A stretch of 64,000 nt of DNA, taken from an uncultured Gemmatimonadales bacterium. Lineage in GTDB: Bacteria; Gemmatimonadota; Gemmatimonadetes; Gemmatimonadales; GWC2-71-9. Numbering within the stretch: position 1 is the first letter of the stretch; every line of letters begins with the position of its first letter. This document shows, piece after piece, positions 44,844 to 53,721 of the stretch. Under the pieces are notes generated by a model, which saw nothing but the letters and a program-made list of their open reading frames with translations, had not been told where the DNA came from and ran no database searches. The stretch covers positions 2,890,055-2,954,054 of the forward strand of contig CAWJWG010000001.1 of the NCBI GenBank assembly GCA_963846545.1. The letters are read 5' to 3'. The translations under genes and the position numbers were made by a program.

Positions 44844-45998
44844 CTATCGGGCGTGGTACGTCAGATCGAACTGGGGAGCCCAGGTCTCGCCGCCGTCGCC
44901 GCTCACTTCGCCCAGCTGCCGCACATCGGCACCGGCCACCGACCAGGAGATCCTGGAGGCGTTGTCGGCCTCCGCCAGGATCATCGCCCCGTCGGTCACC
45001 CCGCCGGCCAGCACCAGTCGCACGCCGGTGTTGTCCACGTAGGTCTGGTACCATCGAGACGTGGCAGGGTCGAAGAGACTGATGCTCTGCCCTCGCACGT
45101 CGAGGTCACGGAACAGCTCGAACACCGCGCATCCGCCCGTTTCCTGCCTGATACTGCTCGAGGCCTGACGGGTGGCCGGTCCCGAGCCGGTGGGCGCCAC
45201 ACCCCAGAGCCCGAGCCAGAAGTCGAACTGCCGGTATTCGGGCGAGGTACACGGCACCACCGGCGGGAGCCGTCCCGCGCCGTATACGCCGGCGAGGGTG
45301 ACCGGCGCGCTCACGAGGTCGGCGGCCGGATCTCCGCCCGAGCCGGCGACCGGCTGCCACGTTCCGGCCACGAGCCGGCGCACACCCATCCCCGACCGCG
45401 CCACCCCCGCCGGCCCCGTGGCCGGGTCATACCCGATCGTGAGCAGCGCCGGCTGCGCCAGCGTGCCCTCGAAGCGGAGAGCCACGTCCCCTCCGGCCGC
45501 CGTCGGGTCCAGCGGGGGCGCGTCGAAGGCGGCGACCGTGATCGCCACCGGCGCCGCGACCGCGTTCTCGGGAACCTGGAGTACCAGCGCACCGCCCAGC
45601 GCCGAGATCGTCCCGCCGGCGGCGCCGATCAACCCCCCTTCGTTGACCATGAGGTTGGAGAATGCCTGGAACGCGCCGGCACTCGCGATGATGGTGACCT
45701 CGCCCGGGCTCACCGCCTGCACCAGGCCGTCGGAAGTCACCGTCGCCACCGCGGCGTTGCTGGTGGCCCACGCGACCGGCTCGTCCGCGAGAGGGTTCCG
45801 CGACCGGTCGCGTGCCACGCCGGTCAGCGCCAGCTCCTGGCCCGGCACCAGGTCCGCGGCGGTCGGGCTCACGCTCACCATCGCCAGTGCACGGGGGTCG
45901 GAGATCGCAACGGGGTCTCCGCAGCCCGCCGCGGCGAGGGCCAGGAGGCCGAGGAGCGTCGCGGACGACAAGCGAGTGTGCGCCATGCGAGGATCCAT
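44844..45998 (-). CDS. Lipoprotein with Big_2 (bacterial Ig-like) domain
   Basis: ORF track, 384 aa. Lipobox LAAAGCG and Big_2 motif ATSNAAVATVTSDGLVQAVSPGEVTIIAS. The C-terminal domain is unassigned. Confidence 0.7.
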   Translation of the reverse strand: MDPRMAHTRLSSATLLGLLALAAAGCGDPVAISDPRALAMVSVSPTAADLVPGQELALTGVARDRSRNPLADEPVAWATSNAAVATVTSDGLVQAVSPGEVTIIASAGAFQAFSNLMVNEGGLIGAAGGTISALGGALVLQVPENAVAAPVAITVAAFDAPPLDPTAAGGDVALRFEGTLAQPALLTIGYDPATGPAGVARSGMGVRRLVAGTWQPVAGSGGDPAADLVSAPVTLAGVYGAGRLPPVVPCTSPEYRQFDFWLGLWGVAPTGSGPATRQASSSIRQETGGCAVFELFRDLDVRGQSISLFDPATSRWYQTYVDNTGVRLVLAGGVTDGAMILAEADNASRISWSVAGADVRQLGEVSGDGGETWAPQFDLTYHAR

Positions 45999-46076
45999 CC
46001 AATTGGGGAGTGCCAGCCAGTAGGGGAGTGTGCCAGCGGGGCAGAAACAGTGCTGTCCCCAGATTTACTACCTATG

Positions 46077-46105
46077 TAGATATTGGAGCAAACAGGAGTT
46101 GTCAA
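46077..46105 (-). promoter_or_regulatory. Sigma-70-like promoter candidate for the Big_2-PadR-ADOP gene string
   Basis: Minus strand TTGACA (46100-46105), 17-nt spacer, TATCTA (46077-46082). The -10 element overlaps a TATGTAGA motif that recurs at the PadR start. Confidence 0.45.
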
Positions 46106-46110
46106 GACAC

Positions 46111-46140
46111 GAGGCGCGCAGCCGGTAGGCCACGCGCCTC
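46111..46140 (-). terminator. GC-rich hairpin downstream of the OMP gene
   Basis: GAGGCGCG (46111-46118) pairs with CGCGCCTC (46133-46140), with a 14-nt loop. It is 23 nt past the stop at 46163 and has no clear U-tract. Confidence 0.35.
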
Positions 46141-46162
46141 GCGTCCAGTGGCTACGGTCAGG

Positions 46163-46792
46163 TCAGGGCTGGTTGGAGTCCGCCCGCCCGCCCAGCGCGA
46201 TCGAAAGCCCCAGCGATGCCACGATATCGTTCTGGAACTCGTCGCCGCCACCGAAGTCGCCGTTGTAGAAGTAGTCCTCGACGTCGAGCCGGATGGCAGA
46301 CCGACCGCTCTCACCCAGGGCGAAGCGGAAGCCGGCCCCCGCGGTGCCCCCGAAATCCGTGCTGCTACGGTCCTCGTTCAGCACGTTGCGGCCCCGCGTG
46401 AGCAGCGCCGGGCCGGCCCCGATGTAGAAGCCCACCGGATTGGTCACCGGGCTCAGGGCGAGCAGCAGCCGCCCGCTGGCCGCGAACAGGTTGGTGTTGC
46501 GCTCGTTGATGGTCTCGCCGCCGACCTTCGCCGGGGAATAGCCACCGGTCGCCTCGAAGCCCAGCATGCCGGTGCCCCAGAAGGTCAGTCGGGCGCCGCC
46601 GATGACACTGATGTCCCGGTCGAACGCCGCGTTGTCCAGGTCTGAGAATGAATTGCGCGTCGGGATGTACACGCCGGCCCACGGGACCAGGTTCACCCCG
46701 CCTTGAGCCTGCGCCGTGCCCGGAACCGCTGCCGCCAGCCCGGCGGCCATGACCAGTGCCGGCAGTATTCCACATCGCTTCAGGATCGACAT
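46163..46792 (-). CDS. Small outer-membrane beta-barrel protein
   Basis: ORF 46163..47044 trimmed to ATG 46790-46792. Signal peptide MSILKRCGILPALVMAAGLAAAVPGTAQA and alternating beta-strand pattern (GFYIGAGPAL, GAGFRFAL, IRLDVEDYFY). Confidence 0.7.
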   Translation of the reverse strand: MSILKRCGILPALVMAAGLAAAVPGTAQAQGGVNLVPWAGVYIPTRNSFSDLDNAAFDRDISVIGGARLTFWGTGMLGFEATGGYSPAKVGGETINERNTNLFAASGRLLLALSPVTNPVGFYIGAGPALLTRGRNVLNEDRSSTDFGGTAGAGFRFALGESGRSAIRLDVEDYFYNGDFGGGDEFQNDIVASLGLSIALGGRADSNQP

Positions 46793-47133
46793 AAACTCTC
46801 CGGAGAAGTACGAACCTGCCGCACGCCATGGGGCGGGGCGGCACCGGGCGCCCGCCCGGCACCCACAGAGTACCGTGCGCCCGCCGCAGGTGCTGTGCAG
46901 GGTGGCCCACCCGGATGTGAGGCCGGCCACCCTTCCTCGGGACGCCTGACAGGCCCGCTTCCGGCCCGGCGCTTGCGGGTCGCGGCCGCCTTCCGGGCCG
47001 ACGCGGAGCGAGCGACACACTGACGACCTCACTCGTGCGCGCACGCCATGACCGCGATCGGCGCGGCGGCGCTCGACCGGCTACACCGGATTCGCCGCGT
47101 AGGCGACGGAACGGAATAGGCGAAAAGGTGGGT

Positions 47134-47155
47134 GGAACGGGCCTAGACCCGTTCC
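47134..47155. terminator. Hairpin with nearby T/A runs inside a 577-nt gene-poor interval
   Basis: GGAACGGG-CCTAGA-CCCGTTCC. TTTTTT lies 10 nt downstream on the plus strand (47166-47171) and TTTT 8 nt downstream on the minus strand. Confidence 0.3.
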
Positions 47156-47369
47156 CGGCGAGAAGTTTTTTGTGAAGGGAGTTTTTGGAGGATCAACTAT
47201 GAGGGTAGAGGGTCGACGGCTCATCCGGCCACGGAGCAGGGGACTCAGGGCTGATTCGGACGTCTCGCAGATCGCCGCCTTACCATACTCCCATGCCCTC
47301 GAAAATAGGCGCCGGCAGCCCCCCCGCTGTGCCGTAGATCACAGGGTCCTCACGCGTCTCCCGGCAGAA

Positions 47370-48080
47370 TCAGCCGGGCGGCCGTGAACCGAGGTGCTCG
47401 GCCTTGAGGTCGCTGAGCGCTTGTCGCAGGCGGCGTGTGGCGCGGGCGGAGGGATGGCGATCGATCAGGCGCCGCAGCTCCGCCATGGCTCGACCGGGGT
47501 CGCCCAGCTGCCGGTCGTGCAGGTCCACCAGGGCGGCGCCCACTCGGATATCCTCGGCGGGCGAAAGCGCCGACCGCCGCAGCCCCTCCAGCTCCACCAG
47601 CGCCGTCTCAGGCTGAGCCAGCGGCCCGCCGAGCAACGCGGCCCGGCGCACGGTCGCCTCCACTCTATCGGCCGGCTGCTGCGCCCGCTCCCGATACTCT
47701 TCCGCCGCCGCGGCGATCTCCCCTCGCACGACCAGCGTTTCGATCGCGGAATAGCCGCCGCCGGCCCGCACGACTCCCCAGTTCGACAGCGCGTGGAAGA
47801 CCCCATCGATGACCGGCTCCAACACGCCGCTCGTCAGTCCCACGACGAAACCGTAAATGGCCCACAGGACGCCCACCATCTGAAGCGCCCGGGGCACCAC
47901 ACCGCTCAGCGCGAGTCCGAGGGCTACCACCGTGCCGAAGAGCAACAGGAGGCCCGCGGTGACGCGCACGAAGTGGAGCGGTTCGTCGCTCGAGTCGGCG
48001 GTCCGGTCCAGTGCATGCTGGAGAAAGTCGGGAAGGCGCAAGCCCGCAAGGTAGGGTGCAGAGATAGAGCCATCAAGCAA
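47370..48080 (-). CDS. Hypothetical membrane protein with helical C-terminal (TPR-like) domain
   Basis: C-terminal part of ORF 47370..48272, with two TM helices (VTAGLLLLFGTVVALGLAL, VGVLWAIYGFVVGL). There is no internal ATG, so I chose TTG 48078-48080, which is very uncertain. Confidence 0.4.
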   Translation of the reverse strand: MLDGSISAPYLAGLRLPDFLQHALDRTADSSDEPLHFVRVTAGLLLLFGTVVALGLALSGVVPRALQMVGVLWAIYGFVVGLTSGVLEPVIDGVFHALSNWGVVRAGGGYSAIETLVVRGEIAAAAEEYRERAQQPADRVEATVRRAALLGGPLAQPETALVELEGLRRSALSPAEDIRVGAALVDLHDRQLGDPGRAMAELRRLIDRHPSARATRRLRQALSDLKAEHLGSRPPG

Positions 48081-48134
48081 CCGCGATTGACTTCCGCCAG
48101 CGTCCTTGCCTAAATCCCCGGGGTTCGTGCACCC

Positions 48135-49331
48135 ATGAGAGGCGGTTACATGCAGGCTCGCTCGACCGGACGGCGATTGGCCCTGATCCTCCTGCTGCCC
48201 GTGCTCGCGGCCGCCGTGGTGTGGCCGCGTGCGATCGCCGCGCAGGAGACGGACGACGAGAGCGAGTTCCACTCACCCTGGCGCACGAGCTACTTCCCGT
48301 ACTTGAGCGGGCTGGCCAATGACGGTCCGGTCGTCTCGGCGCGCATCCGCTACTGGCAGCCCGCGCCATATGAAGCCCGCACCACCTACAACGCCGCGCT
48401 CGACGGCGCCGCCGGGGTCAGCTTCCGGGGCACCCGCTACGCCGCGGTCCGGTTTCGCGCTCCGGGACTCTGGAAGGACTGGCGGCTCGATGCGTCCCTG
48501 ATTGCGGAGCGGCTCGCGCGCTTCGGCTATTTCGGTATCGGCAACGATACCGAGCACGATGCGGACCTGGTGGACGAGGATTCGCCGTTTCTCTTTCGCG
48601 TCCGGCGTATCCGGTACGAGGGCAGGGTCGAGGTCACGCGACGGCTCCGCGGCCCGCTTCATGTCGCGCTGCGGACCGATTTGCGACAGGTGCGATTCAC
48701 CACCCTGCCGGGCCCGTCGAGGTTTACCGACGACTTCGGGGACGGGCTGGAACAGGACGATTTCTCGACCCGCCTCGCGTTCATCTACGACACCCGCGAC
48801 AACGAGTACAACACCCTTCGTGGCCTCTTCGCCGAGGCGGGCGCACAGGTTGCGACCGGCGGCGACGGATACACCCGGCTCTACGGCGTGGTGCGGGGCT
48901 ACTTGCCGCTGCGGGAAGGCACCGTGGTGGCGGCGCGGATCGTCGGCTCGGGGATGGGGGGCACGCCGACGCTGCACGCGCGGTTCGATCTGCCCACCTG
49001 GAACGATCAGGTACCCGTGCTGGGCGGGGAATATTCGCATCGCTCGTTCGACACCGGGCGCTTCGCGGGCAGAGGGGTCCTCTTCGGCAATCTGGAGGTC
49101 CGGCAGGACGTGCTGCCGTTCGGTGACCTCGGCGCCCTGACCGTCATCGGCTTCGTGGATGCCGGGCGGGTGTTCGAGGAGGAGTCGTTCCGGCTCACCA
49201 CGAATGACCTGCACGTGGGCGGCGGCGGCGGGATCGCGCTGCGGATCCTCCGGTCCACCATCTTCACGTTCAACTTCGCGGGCGGGCCCGACGGGTTCAA
49301 CTTCTCCGTGGGGAACGGATGGATGTTCTAG
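48135..49331 (+). CDS. Omp85/surface-antigen (D15) family outer-membrane beta-barrel protein without POTRA repeats
   Basis: ORF track, 398 aa. Signal peptide, FIYDTRDNEYNTLRG, GGEYSHRSF, and terminal ...FNFSVGNGWMF aromatic end. Confidence 0.7.
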   Translation: MRGGYMQARSTGRRLALILLLPVLAAAVVWPRAIAAQETDDESEFHSPWRTSYFPYLSGLANDGPVVSARIRYWQPAPYEARTTYNAALDGAAGVSFRGTRYAAVRFRAPGLWKDWRLDASLIAERLARFGYFGIGNDTEHDADLVDEDSPFLFRVRRIRYEGRVEVTRRLRGPLHVALRTDLRQVRFTTLPGPSRFTDDFGDGLEQDDFSTRLAFIYDTRDNEYNTLRGLFAEAGAQVATGGDGYTRLYGVVRGYLPLREGTVVAARIVGSGMGGTPTLHARFDLPTWNDQVPVLGGEYSHRSFDTGRFAGRGVLFGNLEVRQDVLPFGDLGALTVIGFVDAGRVFEEESFRLTTNDLHVGGGGGIALRILRSTIFTFNFAGGPDGFNFSVGNGWMF

Positions 49332-49341
49332 CGCTTCGGCG

Positions 49342-49872
49342 TCACGCCGCCGACCGGCCGAGGCCGGCGGCGGCGAGCACTTCCCGCAGGGTGGCTTCCC
49401 CCCGGTCTCTCGCGTACCACCGACGAATGTGCGGATAGATCTCGGCCTTGGGCATCGTGGGCCGGTTCTGGACTACCCAGGCCTGCAACTCGGTCGGCCG
49501 CGGTCCCCAGTGCCCCAGCTCCTGGAACTTCTCGTCCAGCGCGATGACGATCGGGATGGAGCGTGAGCCGTTGGTGAGGTAGCGGTCCATCAGCTCCGGA
49601 TGCTCGTCGCGCCGGAGCACGCGCAGCTCCATGCCAGGCACCGCATCGGCGAAGCGCGCCACGATGGGAATCGTGCTCGACGCGTCGCCGCACCAGTCCT
49701 CCGCGATCACCAGCAGCTTCCGTTTCACCCCGGGCGGCACGGCGCGGCAGGCCCAGTCCGGCAGGCGGACGATGCGGTAGATCCCCTCCCACAACCCCTT
49801 GTGCTGATCGCCGGCCGCGACGAACTCGTCGTAGGGAAGCGCGGCGGCCCACAGCGTCGCGAAGTCTGTCAT
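49342..49872 (-). CDS. Thioredoxin-fold family protein
   Basis: ORF track, 176 aa. LLVIAEDWCGDASSTIP has a WCGD motif in a thioredoxin-like context. Confidence 0.75.
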   Translation of the reverse strand: MTDFATLWAAALPYDEFVAAGDQHKGLWEGIYRIVRLPDWACRAVPPGVKRKLLVIAEDWCGDASSTIPIVARFADAVPGMELRVLRRDEHPELMDRYLTNGSRSIPIVIALDEKFQELGHWGPRPTELQAWVVQNRPTMPKAEIYPHIRRWYARDRGEATLREVLAAAGLGRSAA

Positions 49873-49896
49873 GCGTAGGGAACCACCGCCCCGCCC

Positions 49897-51039
49897 CTAC
49901 AGTTCCTCGATCCGCACGCCCCGCTTGCCCAGCTCGTCCACATAGGCCCGGAACGGGATCGCCTCGTCGGGCGTGTGCACGCCCTTGAGGGTGACCCGGC
50001 CGTCGGCCTGCATCTGCCCGGTGACCGAGAGTGAATAGCCTGTGGCCCGCATCATGGCGCTGATGCCGTGCTCGGCGTCGTAAAAGTCGATCAGGCGAAA
50101 CCCGATCCGCTGTGGAGCGCCGCCCTTCTGACCGGAGACGAGGACCTGGAGAGCGACCAGGTCACGGCTCTGCGGCTTGTGCAGTCGGGGCGACACCGAG
50201 GCGATGAACACGTCGCGCGGCACCACGCTCTGACCCTTTACCTCGACCGGCTTCACGTCCAGCAGTCCCAGCTCGCGGATGGACCGCATGATCGCCGCGT
50301 GCCCCGGATAGCGCAGGGTCTTGTACTCCATCACGTCGACCTTCCCTTCGTAGGCGAAGGGCAGGGTGCTGATGCCGCCTCCGGTATGAAACGCCTCGAG
50401 CGTCCCGACCGGTGAGGGGAACTCGACCGGCTCCAGCTCGCTCAGCGCGTCCACCTGGACCGGGTGGCCGCCCCGCAGGATCCAGGACGGCGTGGTGTAG
50501 TAGTCGAGCGCGCCCTCGAGCGAATACACGATCTGATAGTTGAGCGGGGGCTCGGGACTCTGAGGCAGGCCACCGACGTAGACCCGCACCTGCTCGGCCC
50601 GGTCCAGCCGGCGGATGCCTTCGGCCGCCAGGATGTTGACCATGCCCGGCGCGAGCCCGCAATCGGGAATGACCGACACGCCGTTCGCCACGGCCTGCGA
50701 CTCGAGTTTCTTCTGCTCGAACACGATCTCGGTGTTTCCACCGAGATCGGAGAAATGGCAGCCGACTTCCACCGCCGCCCGGGCCATGGGCGCGTTATAG
50801 TAGTACGGGATGGCGCTCATGGCGGCCGCGTGACCCTGCATCGCGGTCTTGACGGCGCCCACGTCGGTGACGTCGAGGCGCAGTGGGCGAAGACGCCCGC
50901 CCCAGTCCTCCGTCAGAAAGCGTGGGAGCTGGCTCGGGCGGAGGTCGGCGAGTGTGACCTGACTCACGTTCGGGCTCTGCAGGAGATCGTACGCGCAGGC
51001 GCAACCCTGAAGTCCCGCCCCGAGAACCAGCATCTTCAT
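49897..51039 (-). CDS. Saccharopine dehydrogenase family NAD(P)-binding oxidoreductase
   Basis: ORF 49897..51096 trimmed to ATG 51037-51039 (MKMLVLGAGLQGCACAYDL... Rossmann motif). Confidence 0.8.
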   Translation of the reverse strand: MKMLVLGAGLQGCACAYDLLQSPNVSQVTLADLRPSQLPRFLTEDWGGRLRPLRLDVTDVGAVKTAMQGHAAAMSAIPYYYNAPMARAAVEVGCHFSDLGGNTEIVFEQKKLESQAVANGVSVIPDCGLAPGMVNILAAEGIRRLDRAEQVRVYVGGLPQSPEPPLNYQIVYSLEGALDYYTTPSWILRGGHPVQVDALSELEPVEFPSPVGTLEAFHTGGGISTLPFAYEGKVDVMEYKTLRYPGHAAIMRSIRELGLLDVKPVEVKGQSVVPRDVFIASVSPRLHKPQSRDLVALQVLVSGQKGGAPQRIGFRLIDFYDAEHGISAMMRATGYSLSVTGQMQADGRVTLKGVHTPDEAIPFRAYVDELGKRGVRIEEL

Positions 51040-51138
51040 GCCAAACTCCCGCCGCGAAAGTGACCGAGCAAAAGCCCCGGAACCTACTCGGGCCAACGAT
51101 CACCTTCAACGGGACCCATCTGCTCTAGCTTGACTACC

Positions 51139-51735
51139 ATGTCGAATCCTGCGCCATCGCGGCGAGACGGTGAGGCCACCCGCCAGCGACTTCTCCGGGC
51201 CGCCCTGGACCTCTATACCACGGTCGGTTTCCGCGCCACCACCACGCCCGCGATCGCGGCCCGGGCCGGCGTGGCCGAAGGAACCATCTACCGTCACTTC
51301 AGCGGCAAGGAACACCTGCTGAACGAGGTCTACCGCAACGCGCAGCGTTGGGGAGCCGGGCTGGTCAAGGAGCCGGAGGCCAACGGCGCCACGGCACCCG
51401 AGCGTCTCGACGGGATCGCCCGACGCCTGCTGGAGGCCGCAGAGCGAGACCCGTCGCAGACGCGAATGCTGCTGCGGAACCGTGAAGAACAGCACCTCGA
51501 CGAGCGAAGCCGCGAAGCCTCCCGGGAGTTCCGCGACGCGCTGCAGGAAGTGGTGGCGGGGGGTGGCGCGGTGGGCCAGGTGCGCGAAGGTCCGCCCGGA
51601 CTGTGGACCGACGTCTGGCTGGCCCTGGTGGCGTTCGCGGCCGAGCGGGTGGGCGCGCGGGAGTGGGAGACGGGCAGTCCGCACATCGGGCTCACGCTCG
51701 AGGCCGCCTGGGACGCTATCGCCGCTCGTCGCTAG
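51139..51735 (+). CDS. TetR/AcrR-family transcriptional regulator
   Basis: ORF 51130..51735 (TTG) trimmed to ATG 51139. TRQRLLRAALDLYTTVGFRATTTPAIAARAGVAEGTIYRHF is a TetR HTH. It is divergent from the saccharopine dehydrogenase-like gene. Confidence 0.85.
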   Translation: MSNPAPSRRDGEATRQRLLRAALDLYTTVGFRATTTPAIAARAGVAEGTIYRHFSGKEHLLNEVYRNAQRWGAGLVKEPEANGATAPERLDGIARRLLEAAERDPSQTRMLLRNREEQHLDERSREASREFRDALQEVVAGGGAVGQVREGPPGLWTDVWLALVAFAAERVGAREWETGSPHIGLTLEAAWDAIAARR

Positions 51736-52486
51736 CGCCGGCGAACACGGTGGGCTGGCGCGGCCGGGCAGGCACCGAGCTCCACTCCACCGTCCGCGGG
51801 TGGCCGGCCGACAACGGCCGCACCACCAGCCGATCCTCCTCCAGATAGGCCACCGAGTCGTCGCCCCATCGCGCCGCCTCTCGCGCGCCGCGGGCGAAGA
51901 GCGATGGCCCTCCGCTGTCACCCACCGCACAGAGATCCTCGCCATTCGCGCAGGGAATCACCCGCGCGAACGCCGGCTTCCCCAGCAACACCGCCAGCGC
52001 GGACTCGGCCATCGCACGCTCCGCACTGGTCACCGGTCGGGCGGGCGCGGCGGCCGGCGGGGCCGCCGCTCGATAGAACCGCTCGCCCGCCTCGATTACG
52101 ATCTCCTGCCCACCCGCCGTCCATCCCACCCGGCGAGGATTCGAGATGCCCTTCGGCAGGTCGATCTCCCGCTCCGCCCCGTTCAGCAGATTGAGCACCC
52201 AGACGCCGGCCGGCATGGTGTCGGTGAGCGACCCCGCACGCAGAAAGGCCACCTGTCCGCCGTCGGGCGACAGCGCCGGCCGCAGCTCAGCCACTGGACT
52301 GAAGGTGATGGGGATGGCCGGCCCGCCTGCGGGGGTCTGCGCGAAGAGGTCGCCCGCGTCGTCGCCGCCCACGAAGACGACCATCGGATCGCGACCCACG
52401 TCGAACTTCCCCCGCAGGGGCAGAAATCCGCTCCGGCACCCCGCGAGCACCGCGGCGGCGGCCAGCCAGCGCCACTCAACGCGCAC
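51716..52486 (-). CDS. Lipoprotein with TolB-like (PD40) beta-propeller repeats
   Basis: ORF 51716..52720 trimmed to GTG 52484-52486. Lipobox AVLAGCRS and PALSPDGGQVAFLR, a PD40-type repeat. Confidence 0.55.
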   Translation of the reverse strand: MRVEWRWLAAAAVLAGCRSGFLPLRGKFDVGRDPMVVFVGGDDAGDLFAQTPAGGPAIPITFSPVAELRPALSPDGGQVAFLRAGSLTDTMPAGVWVLNLLNGAEREIDLPKGISNPRRVGWTAGGQEIVIEAGERFYRAAAPPAAAPARPVTSAERAMAESALAVLLGKPAFARVIPCANGEDLCAVGDSGGPSLFARGAREAARWGDDSVAYLEEDRLVVRPLSAGHPRTVEWSSVPARPRQPTVFAGASDERR

Positions 52487-53696
52487 GTGCGAACGCCCGC
52501 TCGATCTCCGGGCCGAGGTCCCGTCCCGCGGCTGCCGACATCGCCCGCGCGAAGTCCGCGCGGCTCGCGGTCTGGTGGGCGCGATCGCCGGTGAAGCGCG
52601 CGAGTCCGGCGAAGAACACCGAGTCGCCAACCACGCCGCGGAGGGCGTGCATCGCGCGGGCGCCGCGCCCACGGTCGGATGCCGCACCCCGGGTATCGGT
52701 GAGCCGACCCGCGGGGTCACGCCAGAGCGTGGCCAGGTAGCGGGCGAGTCCGTCCACGACCCAGCGGTCTTCCTCGGCAGCCGGCGAGACGGCGAGGCCG
52801 AACCACTGGCGCGCCGTCGCCAGCGCGAGCGTCGAGTCGCCGGCTCTGCCGCTCGCTCCCTCGGGAATCAGGACCATCCCCGGAGCGGCCACCGGCGCAC
52901 GGACCGGCGCTTCGACGAACGCCAGCCGTGCGTACGGGTAGCGGCCGGCACGCGCCGCGAGCCACTCCACCATCTCCCACGCTCGCGTCGGCCCCGCCGT
53001 TTCGGAGCTCCCGCCCCCGTAGCTCCACTGCTCGACCAGGGGACATCCGTCGCCACAGCGGCCCGGCGTCAGCACGCGTGTCACATAGGGACCGCTCGCC
53101 ACGGCGAGCGATGACAGGGGCGCGGAGGTGTCCATCCGGTAGCGCCACACCGCGTGGCCGTAGGGAAGCGTGTCCACCTTCTCCAACACACCGGGCGCGA
53201 TGCTCCGCTCGGCCACCAGCGTCTGGACCCGGAACGACGCGGTCACGCGCTCGAATCCACTCTCGCGTGGCACCGGGAGCCAGAAGCGTGCGCCGTCATC
53301 CTCGGCCGTGGCGAGGAAGACCCGGTCGCCTCGGGCGTTGGCGCCCACAGTCGCGGCCCCGTGGGCCCTGCCGTGATAGCGCACGCGGGTCGTGATGGAG
53401 TCGCCGGCCGCCTTCTGGTGGGGCACGACCAGGTCGTCCTCGGACCGTCCGTACATCGTGCGGGAAAGGCGCGTGTTGGGACGTCCGTCGATGAGCACCC
53501 TGACCACCCGCATGGACGAGTCGAGCTCGACACCCACCGGCTCGGCCGAGCCGAGCCGCCACGCGGTCTCGACCTCGCCGAGCAGGTGCCTGCCGGTATC
53601 GCTGGGGATCAGGGTGATGTCGTAGCGGAGCGCGTCATTGGGGGCGGCCGCGTTGGGCGCGGCCGCCACCTGCAGGGCCAAGAGGAGGTGAAGCAT
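52476..53696 (-). CDS. M1-aminopeptidase-like protein lacking the zinc/catalytic residues (pseudo-peptidase)
   Basis: ORF track, 406 aa. M1-like N-terminal beta domain. At the position of HELAHQWFG...WLNEGFA it reads LATARQWFG...WVVDGLA (rev-comp of ~52743-52823). Confidence 0.65.
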   Translation of the reverse strand: MLHLLLALQVAAAPNAAAPNDALRYDITLIPSDTGRHLLGEVETAWRLGSAEPVGVELDSSMRVVRVLIDGRPNTRLSRTMYGRSEDDLVVPHQKAAGDSITTRVRYHGRAHGAATVGANARGDRVFLATAEDDGARFWLPVPRESGFERVTASFRVQTLVAERSIAPGVLEKVDTLPYGHAVWRYRMDTSAPLSSLAVASGPYVTRVLTPGRCGDGCPLVEQWSYGGGSSETAGPTRAWEMVEWLAARAGRYPYARLAFVEAPVRAPVAAPGMVLIPEGASGRAGDSTLALATARQWFGLAVSPAAEEDRWVVDGLARYLATLWRDPAGRLTDTRGAASDRGRGARAMHALRGVVGDSVFFAGLARFTGDRAHQTASRADFARAMSAAAGRDLGPEIERAFARAR

Positions 53697-53721
53697 GTCG
53701 GATCAGCTCGCCGAGGCGTCG

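Noticed and set aside
47172-47387. 71-aa ORF (internal ATG at 47199 behind a GGAGG RBS)
   Set aside because: Codon usage is atypical for this genome (frequent AGG, CGA, GTA, TTA, AAT). The product is Arg-rich and low complexity, and the ORF overlaps the 3' end of the convergent gene. It is kept only as part of the gene-poor-interval observation.
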